60,000 bases of DNA from Amphiscolops sp. MND2022 (taxonomy: Eukaryota): assembly GCA_964187785.1 (NCBI GenBank), contig OZ076409.1:35714001-35774000 (forward strand). The letters are read 5' to 3'. Numbering within the stretch: the stretch's first letter is position 1; the number at the start of each line of letters is the position of its first letter. The position numbers were made by a program, and so were the translations under genes. The notes under the pieces are model-generated. The model did no database searches and had not been told where the DNA came from. It saw only the letters and a list, made by a program, of their open reading frames with translations. This document shows positions 11,201 through 22,100 of the stretch, one piece after another.

Positions 11201-12418
11201 AGCAAGCCTCTGCAAGGTTCTCTTCAAACAGGCGTGCTGCACAGCCAGTTCTCTCATTTTGGAACATCTGGGAACTTCTAACACAAGAACTCTATCGAAA
11301 ATTGTACAGAAATCGCATGGAAAACGACAATTTTGGATTTTTCTACAATTTCTGGTTCAATTTGAGGCAATTTTCTATCACGAACTGTTTTGTCTCCTGG
11401 CTAATTCCTACTGGACAACAATTTTTTTCCTTGTTGACCTTCTCAACGTTCTAATGCACGAAGTCTGACGAAAATTTGATCAAAATAGCATAAAAACGGT
11501 AAAAATGGGAAACTTTTTCAGTTTTCACTATTTTTAGGTCATTCTGGGGTCTTTGGGGTCAACCAAAAAATCCAAAAATCTCTACAAATACATATCGAAT
11601 GATACTAATTTTACGTCAGTTGAATTCTATGAGTGACACCCTTCCAATTGAATATAAATTTGAAGCTCGGCAAATTTTTGTTAAAAAACTGTTCGATTTG
11701 AATATTTTCCTTTCCCATTTTACAATGTCTTCATGGTTGTGGTGTCCTAAAACGTGACTGAGTTGCCTAAAATGCCAATTTTGGTTGTCTCATATCTCTA
11801 AGTATTCATCGAGAAACTTGCTGTTTTATTGTTATTGCAGAGATCTGTTTCGAATACCTGCTAACAGTAACTCAAAATTTAAGTAATTCTATGATGTTCT
11901 GTTATAACTGTACCAGGTTAAATGAAATTTAGTCATACATTATTTAGCAGGTGTGATTCTCAGAGGAAACTAACGCGAGATTCATTGAGCGCCTTCTGTA
12001 GGGCTGACACTCTTTCCTCATACTTCTCATGTAATGGTAGAAATATGCTAAAAAATAAACAAAACCATCTCAAAAATGTTTTAATCAGTTATCAAAGATG
12101 CGCAGTTTTTAAAACAACGATTTCTCGTATTTCGAGTTTTGAATCATCAAAAAAGCAAAATACAATGTAAGTTACCCTGCTCTGAATAACAAACTCGAGG
12201 TTATCACCAAATTATTTCACCGCTCTGAGTTTTATTTGAAAAAACGATTTTCGATTTTACTTGAGGTAAAATTTGTACACTCTGTGGGTACGAAATGTGA
12301 ATTTGATATCCCCTCATTCATCATGAAGAGTGGTAATTCGAAGATGACAAACAAACCTGGGATCTGAGAGCCATGGTGACTGCACGCTCCCACTGGTGGG
12401 GTTGGCGACACCAGCCAT
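2137..12418 (-). CDS. SCLT1: SCLT1-like (sodium channel and clathrin linker 1) gene, first 9 coding exons, 380 codons; 3' exons outside window
   Basis: Exons 12418-12357, 12047-11975, 9267-9212, 8585-8330, 6574-6438, 5710-5620, 5274-5096, 3509-3386, 2298-2137. All have GT..AG boundaries and matching phases. Coiled-coil product; VRDAMQLVENAILEKDEAL and AGERTRKEVEEVRTLCNKSVDRLMDDIHSLEMKVAEKQ resemble SCLT1 as I recall it. Confidence 0.85.
2916..3322 (+). mobile_element. Helentron-like non-autonomous element, family 1
   Basis: 5' TTTTTAGTCGGCG; 3' inverted copy CGCCGACT followed by small stem-loop GCCG-TTCC-CGGC and TTGTT. The same ends recur at 9652-10160, 29432-29502, 37745 onward, 40697-41557 and 42573-43007. 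Confidence 0.6.
3386..3509 (-). CDS. SCLT1: SCLT1 coding exon 8 (EDLEMREAM...QKKEE)
   Basis: gttttag| acceptor, GAG|gttaac donor, phases 2 to 0. Confidence 0.85.
3619..4632 (-). mobile_element. Helentron-like non-autonomous element, family 2, with tRNA-like cassette
   Basis: Subterminal inverted repeat ACACTTGCGA (3647-3656) / TCGCAAGTGT (4621-4630); terminal palindrome 4610-4630; stem-loop GCGAAGC-CGT-GCTTCGC 3628-3644. Confidence 0.65.
4463..4538 (-). pseudogene. tRNA-derived Pol III cassette (Glu-TTC-like loop; not a canonical tRNA)
   Basis: A box TGGTCTAGTGA, B box GGTTCGAACCC, ends GCGCCA then a T8 run; anticodon and acceptor stems pair poorly. Confidence 0.65.
5096..5274 (-). CDS. SCLT1: SCLT1 coding exon 7 (TLETQRAAQ...EKLKKA)
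   Basis: gtgcag| acceptor, AA|gtacgt donor, phases 0 to 2. Confidence 0.8.
5620..5710 (-). CDS. SCLT1: SCLT1 coding exon 6 (QSQEEHK...QIVQKK)
   Basis: attgcag| acceptor, AAG|gtaagc donor, phases 2 to 0. Confidence 0.8.
6438..6574 (-). CDS. SCLT1: SCLT1 coding exon 5 (EQGASVANSYM...SFSNYF)
   Basis: cattttag| acceptor, AA|gtaatt donor, phases 0 to 2. Confidence 0.75.
6805..7924 (-). mobile_element. Decayed hAT DNA transposon in an SCLT1 intron
   Basis: TIRs CAGGGCTGG...CCAGCCCTG. AGTAGCAT on the left (6797-6804) and again 3 nt beyond the right end (7928-7935). Broken transposase: LESVSKKLQEENVDLSTARSLFDGIL...FENAIVAV and dimerisation-type YEDLKWIPPTSNLAERLFSRV*DVFNDHRKSLL..NLE...FWD. Confidence 0.8.
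8330..8585 (-). CDS. SCLT1: SCLT1 coding exon 4 (LQAEMNNL...DTLQRHFK)
   Basis: Within ORF 8282..8659; unusual ttgag| acceptor next to a MITE; |gttcgt donor; phases 2 to 0. Confidence 0.75.
8597..8935. mobile_element. MITE/foldback element with 8-10 bp target-site duplication
   Basis: Imperfect inverted repeats TATGCGGAAAACT...AGTTTTCCGCATA; flanking direct repeat TCAACGTAAT at 8587-8596 and 8936-8945; related motifs at 35780-36130 and 38250-38365. Confidence 0.7.
9212..9267 (-). CDS. SCLT1: SCLT1 coding exon 3 (IEVGQLRAKFSQKTEENS)
   Basis: tgtttag| acceptor, AG|gttagt donor, phases 0 to 2. Confidence 0.8.
9450..11725 (-). mobile_element. Large Helentron-like element, family 5, with nested family-1 copy at 9652-10160
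   Basis: Start AACAAGACGCCCG...ATATTTTCCG matches 15646-15690; 11490-11715 matches 18850-19075; degenerate internal subrepeats. Confidence 0.55.
11975..12047 (-). CDS. SCLT1: SCLT1 coding exon 2 (IFLPLHEKYEERVSALQKALNESR)
   Basis: tttttag| acceptor, |gttagt donor, phases 2 to 0. Confidence 0.8.
12357..12418 (-). CDS. SCLT1: SCLT1 coding exon 1 (MAGVANPTSGSVQSPWLSDP)
   Basis: ATG at 12418 with in-frame TAG upstream; donor AG|gtttgt, phase 2. Confidence 0.7.
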
Positions 12419-15400
12419 TAGAGAGTAACAACAACAATCACACTTCAGCTAAACTGGCCAAAAAATTCGCATTTTACAACCTAAAAAAATCATTCATACA
12501 TTTTTCTTGCGTATACATTAATATCCCATTGTCTTTATTAGCAGGGAAACTATTGTTTCAAAATTATTATTATATGCGTTGTTTTTTGGGATCTAGAATG
12601 TAGTTTTATTTTAGTTCCACCGGCAGAAAATGTCCAAATCCATTGAAGGACGGATTCAAAATAAGAGACACCGTTGTAGAAATATACCGGACAAACACCA
12701 GCGAATCATATCCAACTTGGAGCTCAATTTGAGGAAAAGATGAATTTAGAAGCAAAAAATTTGTTTCATGTAAAATTTACTACCAAAAAATTGATAACAA
12801 AACTGAAGTCTTCCAAAAATTGACACATCACATGTGAACGTTCCAGGCCTCCAAAATTACTAGAATTTTTATGTTGGAATTAGAACCACTGCTTACATTG
12901 AGCATACTGTTTTGCATGTATATGTGCATGTGGGACCGTAACATTTTTATTAAACTTGGCGATGATAGAAAAAAAATGATGAACTGTTAAGCCAACATCA
13001 TTACTGTGCGCCGCACCGTATCCTGATTGGAATTGGACAGTTATTTTTTTACATCAATGAGAGAGTTACACATGCTGAATTTTTTATGCGTTAACCCAAC
13101 AAGCTTGATTTATCTCCGTTTCATCCAATTTTTAGAAATTTGAGGTCCTGACAGTAGTGTCACTACCTACGCACTCCCGCATAAAAAGAGAACCCAGCGC
13201 CAGTTTTATTGCAGAGGCACTTCTATTATCATTAGGTTAATTTCCTTCATTCCAAACACTAACTAGTCACCACAAAAGTTATTACGTCAAACTATGCCCC
13301 TGGGACCCGCATCATGACAGCGAGCTGAACCGTCTAGACAAAAAAAATCAGTAACTATTTTTAGACAAGCGACATTTCTCAATTAGCATGAGTTTCCATT
13401 CAAAACTTTGAATACCTTTATAAAAGTTACCAAAGGCAAAAGAATAAGGTAGCAATTGGAAAGCAATTATCATTTTCAGTCATAATAATTCCGCATGGGC
13501 TATACGTCAAAAAATACGCCGCGTTTCCATTTTTCATCATTTTATATATTTCAATGTTTTCTCGCTTTGCCATACGCCCTTTGCTTAGCATACAGCCATT
13601 CAAATGAAATGACACGGATCAAGTTGACTTGACAGTAAAAATCGTAAAACGCTTCGAAACTTTTCATCGATCCTATTTCACGGACGAAAAACCACGATGT
13701 CTTTGGACAAAAATGCCTCTAAATACCAAATATGCCAAAATTCTTTTTTCACCAATTCTTTGAATATGAAAATTTTCGATGGTTCAAACGTAAAATTGGA
13801 CGGATCAGAGCTACTAGCGAAAAAGCTAGCCACTGTAAGAGTTGTGCTTTTCCGCCGAAAACGCCGACTAAAAATCAATCCTAGATAACAATTTTTGCAA
13901 CGTTTGGGCTATTTTTTAATTTCTGGAAAATTTAGCGGGTATTAGTAAGCACACTTCGAGTGAAAAATGATGTTAATCCCATTTAAAAAGCCTCGGAGTC
14001 TCCTGAAAACAGCAGGAAAAGCCAGAATTTTACGCTTTTTGTGAATATTATTTCCATTTTGGTAGGTATAAATATCAACAGAAGTCAACAACAAAACTTT
14101 TGGCTGTTTACGTGCTGTTCAGGAGTAACATTGTTTTATTTCGATTAAAGAATTGCTTCTTTTCAAATTTTATACCACACGACTGCTTTGTTTTTTAAAC
14201 AACTTTCGGATGTTTCCGTTGGTATGAAGATGCAGAGCGTTGAAAAGAAAACAATTAGCAACATGAGACTACCAAAACCCTTCCAAAAAGAAATATTGAG
14301 TTTTCTTCCAAAAAGAAATGGATCCAAAGAGGATCTACAAATAGTTTTGGGGGACCTGGGTGTAGTGCTTGGCCTTTGTGGAAAAGTTTCGAATCTCATT
14401 TGACGGAGAAAGCAAAGATAAAAGAGCAACGGCAAGCAATCAGGCCTTTGTATCCTAACTTCGAAATCAGCTTCAAGTCAACGGTATTTTACCAGTGGAT
14501 TGTGAATATGGTACCTCATCTTGCTTTGGCGAGTAACCGGAAGAGGCACCGTTTTATAAAAGCCGAACGGCTTTTTCGGCCACCCTATGCTATAGGCAAA
14601 ACGAACTTTTTGTTCTCAGCTATCGACTGTTTTGTTCAATTGAATTACAATTTTCGACTGTTTTCAGGTATGAGTATTTAGAGAATTCAGCAACAAATTA
14701 ATTAGCTGCTTAGCATACTCCTGTACAAAAAACATTTTTGTTTCATAAAACGTGGAAATTGACCAAAATGTGTAAAAACTTTCAATTTTGTGGAAATTGT
14801 ACTTTTTGGTGCTTTTTGTGGGTATGAGTTGCCACAGTGTTCAAGAACAAAACATTTAGCAATTGAGTATACTCTTGCACGAAAGAGTTTTTCTGAAAGG
14901 GATAAAATGAACAGCAAAAAGTCGAAATTTTCAGTTTTTTAAAACATTTTTCCAAGTTCGTAGTTTACTGGCTACGCTCAAGCCCTAGAAGTATGTCGTT
15001 CCTTAAATAATTCGGGTTGGAAAATTTTTCGCTGTGGGCGGTGTTTTGACAAAACGTATATTGAACGAAACGTTGATAATCCTACGGAATCATAAAAATA
15101 CGTCACAGTGTATGTCAGGAGTTCCAGAAAGTCCGGTTATGGGGTCAATGATCAGCTCCGCTTGCTATCAATATTGCTTTTGATATCTGGTGATTTGTCA
15201 CATGCAGCGGAATGAAAAAAGTTTATTGCACTTCTCCACTTAATAGTCATTGCTTCTATGTGGACCTTGAGTGACCTCGAAGTTATATTTTCTATGGCAC
15301 TTTGGCCGGACATTACGCCCAACGATTAACAGTAAATAGCGACCAAAAGTTGTGCAAGAAAATAACACTCTTAGAAGGCTATCGTTATCTGCCACGGCCT

Positions 15401-15645
15401 GTGTTTAGGACAGCCCACATACCTACAGTGTATAGTGTCCTAAACGTGCCATTACAGGTCTTTAGTGCCTGTTTTTGATGAATGCCAACCTTGAAGTTCA
15501 AATTATTGGACGTCATGTCCTAGAACTTCATCTCAGTTCTTAATTTGTCATTAACAACATCTCAGTTCTTAATTTGTTTTGAAAAGTTGTGCTGAAAAAC
15601 CTGTTTATACAGCATTTTGCGAGAAAAACTCAAAAAAAAATATTC

Positions 15646-16532
15646 AACAAGACGCCCGCTGACCAGCAGGATATTTTCCGTCCAAACTGTTCTAGCAATG
15701 ACATCTTTTTGAAAACGCATAGAAGTTTTGACACTTTTTGAATAATGTCATCCCAATTCAGAAGGAAATACATCAAGAACACACTAAACACCTGTTTGTT
15801 TTGTTTTCTGCCTGCGTGGATACTAAAACCTCAGCGACAAATTTTTAATATTGGACGGAAAGTCGCTAAAAACGTCAAAATTTTGCTTTCTCGACAGCTT
15901 TGCGGTCACTTGAGGAACTTTTCTAAGAAACTGCAGATGTCTTTTTAAAAACGTCTATTGGATACCTGGTCCTGTCGTTTTTAAATTACCAAAATGATCG
16001 AAGTTTACAAAAAATATAAACCTTTAGAAAACAAAAACACTTATTTCAAGTTGTTCTGACGAACTTTTCACATACAAATTGTAAATTTCTTTTGTAAACA
16101 TTCTGCATGCCTATTTTTATAAATTAAGAAAATCAAACCTTTTGGTAACTTAAATTAAAAATTCACACGTTTGTCAAACAACTGCGAATTTTTTTCTCGA
16201 CTAATATGGGGCAATTTTGAGGCTCTTTTCTAACGTGAAACCTTCAAAAAGTCTACTGGATGACGCATTTGTTCGTCGTTGAACTTTTTCATTCTTCCAG
16301 CAATGGAAACATCAAAAATACGCCCCTCAGGGGCACATTACTATTTCTGCTTAAATCTTTAATTAATAATAGAATCATATCTGGAATACCAATACACTCC
16401 TGTTCAATCATTATTTAGCGCACACTTAATCACTGTACCAGTTTATACCCCCTTTAAATCTGTTGTTGGAAAATCTGTACATGTAAACATCAAGTATTTC
16501 TTTTGTGTTGACTAGAATCAATTCAGTCTTTC

Positions 16533-16566
<34 letters not shown>

Positions 16567-19106
16567 AATCTCGGACTAAAGCAATTATATATTTGAATGC
16601 AGACGAAGCTCTCCGTGAACGAATATTTAACACTCATTCGCTTCATCTCAATAACTCGGGGCAACGAAAGCACAATTACGAACACTCGTTCGCTTCCTCT
16701 CAATGATGTCAGCATACGAATGGATAATTACCACTCACTTGTTCCATCGCACGAGAATTGAATTGTCGTCGGCATCTTGAGAAATTTAATTCTCACGCTT
16801 ACAGTCACTGCCGAACAAAAAATCCGAATTATTCAGTATCATACGGAGAATTGTACTGAAAAAAAGTAAACATTTTGAGATTTCAATAATATTCCTGCTA
16901 AAGCAGAAATAAAAATATTCAGAACTTTGTAAAAGAATATAGATTTTTTTATATTTCCGGTGCATCAGGGTCATTTGTGAAGTGTTTTTGAAGCAAGATC
17001 CTGCAACCCTCTCTTCCTAATAGCATACTGCGTAGCTAGTTTGTTCGTTTGTGGGTGTTTCGAGCTGTCTTAACCTCAAACACTTTCAAAATTTGTACAT
17101 AAACTGCAGGAAAAACCCAAACTGGAAAAAAATTAGGTTATCTTTTGGAATGAAATTGAGGAAAATCTCCTTTCATAACTTGCGTTCATTTTCTCAAAAA
17201 CTCAACAGGACACTATATTCAAATGTTAATTCATTGATTCAACGTTCTAATCTACCAAATCGTTCAAAAGTTAAAAAAATGTGTTAAAAACATCAAAAAC
17301 TTTGAACACTTTACAATTCTTGGTTATTCTGAGGCTCTTTTCGAGCATGAAACTGCAATTGATTTTCGAAATGTCTACTCTATTTTCAGTTTGTTTGCTG
17401 TTGAATGTTTAGTTCTTCTATAATGCGAAATTTACGAAATTTCCAGCAAAATTCGTTTTTCGGAAAAGTTTTTGATTTTCGACTCATTTGCGTCATTCTG
17501 AAATCATGTTCTACCTACAAAACTACAAAGTTTCTTTTCAAAAGACGTACTGCATAGCTTGATAAAACGTCTGGAGCTTTAGGACCTGCTAGTTCACAAA
17601 CTTTTCGCAATCACTAAAATTTTCAATCAAAAAATGGAAACATCCGAAATTTTATACTTTTTCCGGTTCATATTGAGACAATTTCCAAACACAAATCATC
17701 AAACACCTCCCACAAAAGTCAACTGCAATGGTTGTTGAACATCTCTATTTTTCTTAATTTCGAAACGTTTCGAAAAGTTCACAGACATTGCACAAACTTT
17801 CAATTTTTCTACTTTCGGACTCTCTTGTGTCGTTTTGGAGTATTCCTGATGTGAAACACAGTAATTTTCCATCAAAAAGGATACTGCATACCTGATTCGT
17901 TCACCTTTGGTTGTTTTGTAGCTTCTTACTCACCAAAAATCTCAAAAATTGTCTCAGATAACCATGAGGCCAACAAAAACTGGAAATTTTTGGACTTTTC
18001 GGCAATTTTTGGGTCAAATTAAAGAACATTTATATCAGAAACGGGCATTTATCCCTTCAAAAAGCTCACTGGACAACGCATTCAGTTGTTATTGAACAGT
18101 TTCAGAGTTCTGATCTATGAAATCGTGGATAATTAAAAAATTGCGTTGGAGAATCAAAAACTGTGAAAGATTTTTGACTATTTTGTGGTCAATGCGGCAA
18201 TTTTTTTCATACAATACTGCATTTATCTCTGAACAACCCTATTGGACAACAAATTCATTCGTTGTTGAACTTTAACAACGTTCTGATCCAAGAAATCACT
18301 TGAAAATTTGACAAAAGCTGCATAAAATCGTGAAAAATTAGGTTTATTTTTAAACTTGTCATTTTTGGTCGCAATTTGAGCCTTTTTCATTGGAAAACTG
18401 CGTTTATTTCAAGACAAAAGCCTCTCGGACAACAACTTTTTCCTTGTTGAGCGCCTTCAAAATTCCAAGCCACCAAGTCTTTCGAAAAACAAAAATTGCA
18501 TGACAACTTCAAAAATCAAATTTTTTTGGAAGTTTTGCTAATTTCGGTCTGAATTTGAAGATTTTTCTCAAAACAAATTGCATTTATCTCTTCAAAGAAG
18601 CCTCTTGGACAACGATTTTTTTCCTTGTTGAACGTTTTCAACTTTCTAAGCTTGCAAGTGTCACAAAACTTTGACAAAAATTGCATAAAAACAAATCTGA
18701 TTTTTGGAATTTTTCTCAAATTCGGTCTCAATTTGAGGCATTTTCTAATTGAAAACTTGCATTTCTTTCTTCGAAAACACCTCTTAGATAACAAAGTTTC
18801 CCTTCTGAACGTTTTCAACATTCTAAGCCACGAAATCTATAGAAAATTTTACAAAAATTGCATGAAAACGGTAAAAATCAAAAAGTTTCAATTTTTACTA
18901 TTTTTGGGTCATTCTGGGGTCAACCAAAAAAATCCAAAAATCTCTACAAATACATACCGAATGATACTAATTTTACGTCAGTTGAATTCTATGGGTGAAA
19001 CGCTTTAGCTTGGATATAAATTTGATGCTTGGCAAATTTTGTAAAAAAAACCCGTTCGATTTAAATATTTTCCTTTTTCATATGCAATATGGACGGAAAA
19101 TAAAAA
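15646..19106 (-). mobile_element. Large Helentron-like element, family 5, containing degenerate ~180-bp tandem subrepeats
   Basis: Subterminal inverted repeat ATTTTCCGTCCA (15673-15684) / TGGACGGAAAAT (19090-19101); minus-strand end ...CTTGTT; subrepeat anchors at about 18238, 18421, 18601 and 18779. Confidence 0.6.
16318..16915 (-). mobile_element. Helentron-like element, family 4, nested in family 5; contains (AGT)11 at 16533-16565
   Basis: Stem-loop GCCCC-TCA-GGGGC plus ATTTCTGCTT at one end; palindrome ATTCCTGCTAAAGCAGAAAT at the other; homologous copies at 36505-37030 and 41743-42197. Confidence 0.6.
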
Positions 19107-22100
19107 TGAACCTTTCCAGCAATCTTTGGACGTTTTAGCCAAGAAATCTAGATGTCGGAACAATAGTCCTGATGTTCAGCTCCAGAGGCATTTATTGAAG
19201 TTTCCTGTTCTGTAAACTTATTAAAGCCCACATTTTTTCCCACCCACTCTTTTCTGGAAACATGTACCACGATAACAAAGTACCGCCAGTACCAAAAAGC
19301 AATTTGTTGTAGTTTTCATCTAATTTGCATTCGTTACTGTATGCAAACTAAATGATTATGATAACGATAAATTCGCACGCACTACTACTTCAATGTTCCC
19401 AAAACCGGACCATGTGTCTTATCCCCCAATCCCGGATACACCTTGTTTCTTCTTTCACCCCAACACAAAAGCATCTTTTATGCTTGAAAAAACTTTACAG
19501 GCGAATGAAAAATTGATAGAATGAATACTTAGAGGATTGTCTCAATAGTTGTTGTTTCGATACTTGAAGCAAAAAACTATTCGAAGTTTTGATATTTTTC
19601 TGACAAGAAAAGAAAAAATACACCTCTGGAACAAGCTAAAATTGTATAGGAAAGCCCCTATTATAACCGAAAATTTCTCTGCCATAACTTAAAATGAGCA
19701 ACTTTCAACTGTAAATTAATATAAAAGATAGGATTATGTCGACATCAATTATTCAATTCGTCCAAAATTTCAGCGAAACGATGTCGACATAATGGTATTT
19801 GTACTTTGTTCTTTATCCCCCCCCCGGACGGCTTAGGGGGAAATAAGACACATGGTCCCCAAAAACCTAGGCCTTATTTCCGCTCCCTATTTCAAACTAC
19901 ATCAGCAGTGCTTAACTTTTTGGTGTTGATTCCGTTTCACATGAATCATGGTGAAAAATATTGTGTCCACGCGCGGTTTTAAGCATACTTTACTGCTCAC
20001 ATTTCAATAACGCTCAAAATATTTGCGACAGTGAGGATAATTTAACAAGAAGTATCTCCGAGTAACATGAATGCATTCATGAGAACCTTAAAGTATACAA
20101 ATTCCGAAGGATTTCGAATAGATTCCACTAGAATAGATTCCATAGTCATTGTTCCACTTGTTGTAACACTTTTCTAGTTCATGAAAACATTAATTTGGGG
20201 CTAATGAGGCATCTTACACCATTGTCAACACTCAGACTGTCGATGGCTATTATTAATGATCTTAGACAGATAATGTCAAATAGTTTCGAGTAAATTTACA
20301 CTAACTTGTCACAATAAAAGCCACAGTTTGTGAATTCAGACAAGCGTGATCGAAAACTCATAAAACTCCGAAAATGTATTCAGATGCTTGCCATTCAAAG
20401 TACGGCCGGAAAAGTCGATTATACCGAAACATGAATGAGCAGTTGTTTCCCCATGCGCAAAAAACTGAAACTACCCAATTTGGAAGTCTATTCAAGGCTT
20501 CAGTAGCTCAAAATGTGAAACTACTTGCTACAGTGGAAAAATAGCAGTTCAATATCACTTCAGCTTTAGCAGAAATTATAAACTGGCAGATTATTAAAGA
20601 AATTAAAAGAAAGGAAATTTCCACAGGATTACTTTCTGATGATTTTTAAGATGTTCTTCATAAGGATTAACTCTCAAAACTGACTACTCGTCCCAGTATT
20701 TTTCAAAACACTACGCCGCTTTCTCATTTTTCAAAAACTTTGTTTAACATTCTTGAATTGTTGAGGATAAAAATTGATAACTTGTTTATTGAAGGTTTGA
20801 TATTTGTAACATTTTAGATGTATTATAATTAGCACTTTCATTTCTAGTGAACCCAGCAACTACTCAAACTGCAGACACAAACAAGATGATCCTAATTTTC
20901 CGAAACGGCGTTTTTTCAGACTGCACACGAATGCCATATCAAAAATTTAAGTTGATGGCAAAGCTATTGAAATGAGTTCAAATGAAGAAAATTAAACATA
21001 TATTTCGAAAGAACATATTTATTCCATTCAAATGTCGAATGACATCGTTGAAGTAACTCAGCTTGGAACATTTGTGGAGAATCTTGAATACCCAGATTAG
21101 AGATCTTCGATTTAACTGATTTACCGCAAATGTTGTCATTCAAGGTTACCTCCAAGTGGTAGCAATTTTTGAATAGCACCAAAAATGATCCGTTCATCTC
21201 ACGTGAAAACAAAACCCTCATGGCTTTAGCAAAGATAGAAGCTAGCTTGATATTTTTCTGTCTTTTATACTGTTCCTTCCATTTATTTACATTTTGATAT
21301 TCCTATGCATCTAAATAAATAAACTTTCCTCATCATCTGCTTTTACGCATTTGAAGTTAATAAATACCAAGAAAAATACGACTATTATACTATCGAAAAA
21401 GTTATCCATCAAATCAAGCTTGCTTCGATTGAATGAGTTAGCTTTTGGATTTACTAAGATTGTCATCAACACTATAGTTCTGCAAATTTTGATATTAGAT
21501 TAGGCGAATAAAACAAAATTAAGCAAGTAATTGAAACGAAATAACTTCAAAAATAGGCTTCTAAACGATTTATAGATGGAAAATATTGGACAATATATTC
21601 ATCTGTAGTTTATCATGAAAGGGAGGAGCTTGTAAAGTTGAACTGGACTTAGAAGCAGACAAATTAACACACTGTTAAGTTTGCTGCTTCTGACGCACCC
21701 AAAAAGAACAAAGATGGATTAACCAACGCAAACAATAACAAAAAGATCACGAACAAAAGTTACGGTTGACTATTTTGTGGTCAATGCGGCAATTTTTTTC
21801 ATACAATACTGCATTTATCTCTGAACAACCCTATTGGACAACAAATTCATTCGTTGTTGAACTTTAACAACGTTCTGATCCAAGAAATCACTTGAAAATT
21901 TGACAAAAGCTGCATAAAATCGTGAAAAATTAGGTTTATTTTTAAACTTGTCATTTTTGGTCGCAATTTGAGCCTTTTTCATTGGAAAACTGCGTTTATT
22001 TCAAGACAAAAGCCTCTCGGACAACAACTTTTTCCTTGTTGAGCGCCTTCAAAATTCCAAGCCACCAAGTCTTTCGAAAAACAAAAATTGCATGACAACT

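Noticed and set aside
12630..12743. 37-aa plus-strand ORF after an acceptor-like site, divergent from SCLT1
   Set aside because: Short, no recognisable motif and no partner exons found.
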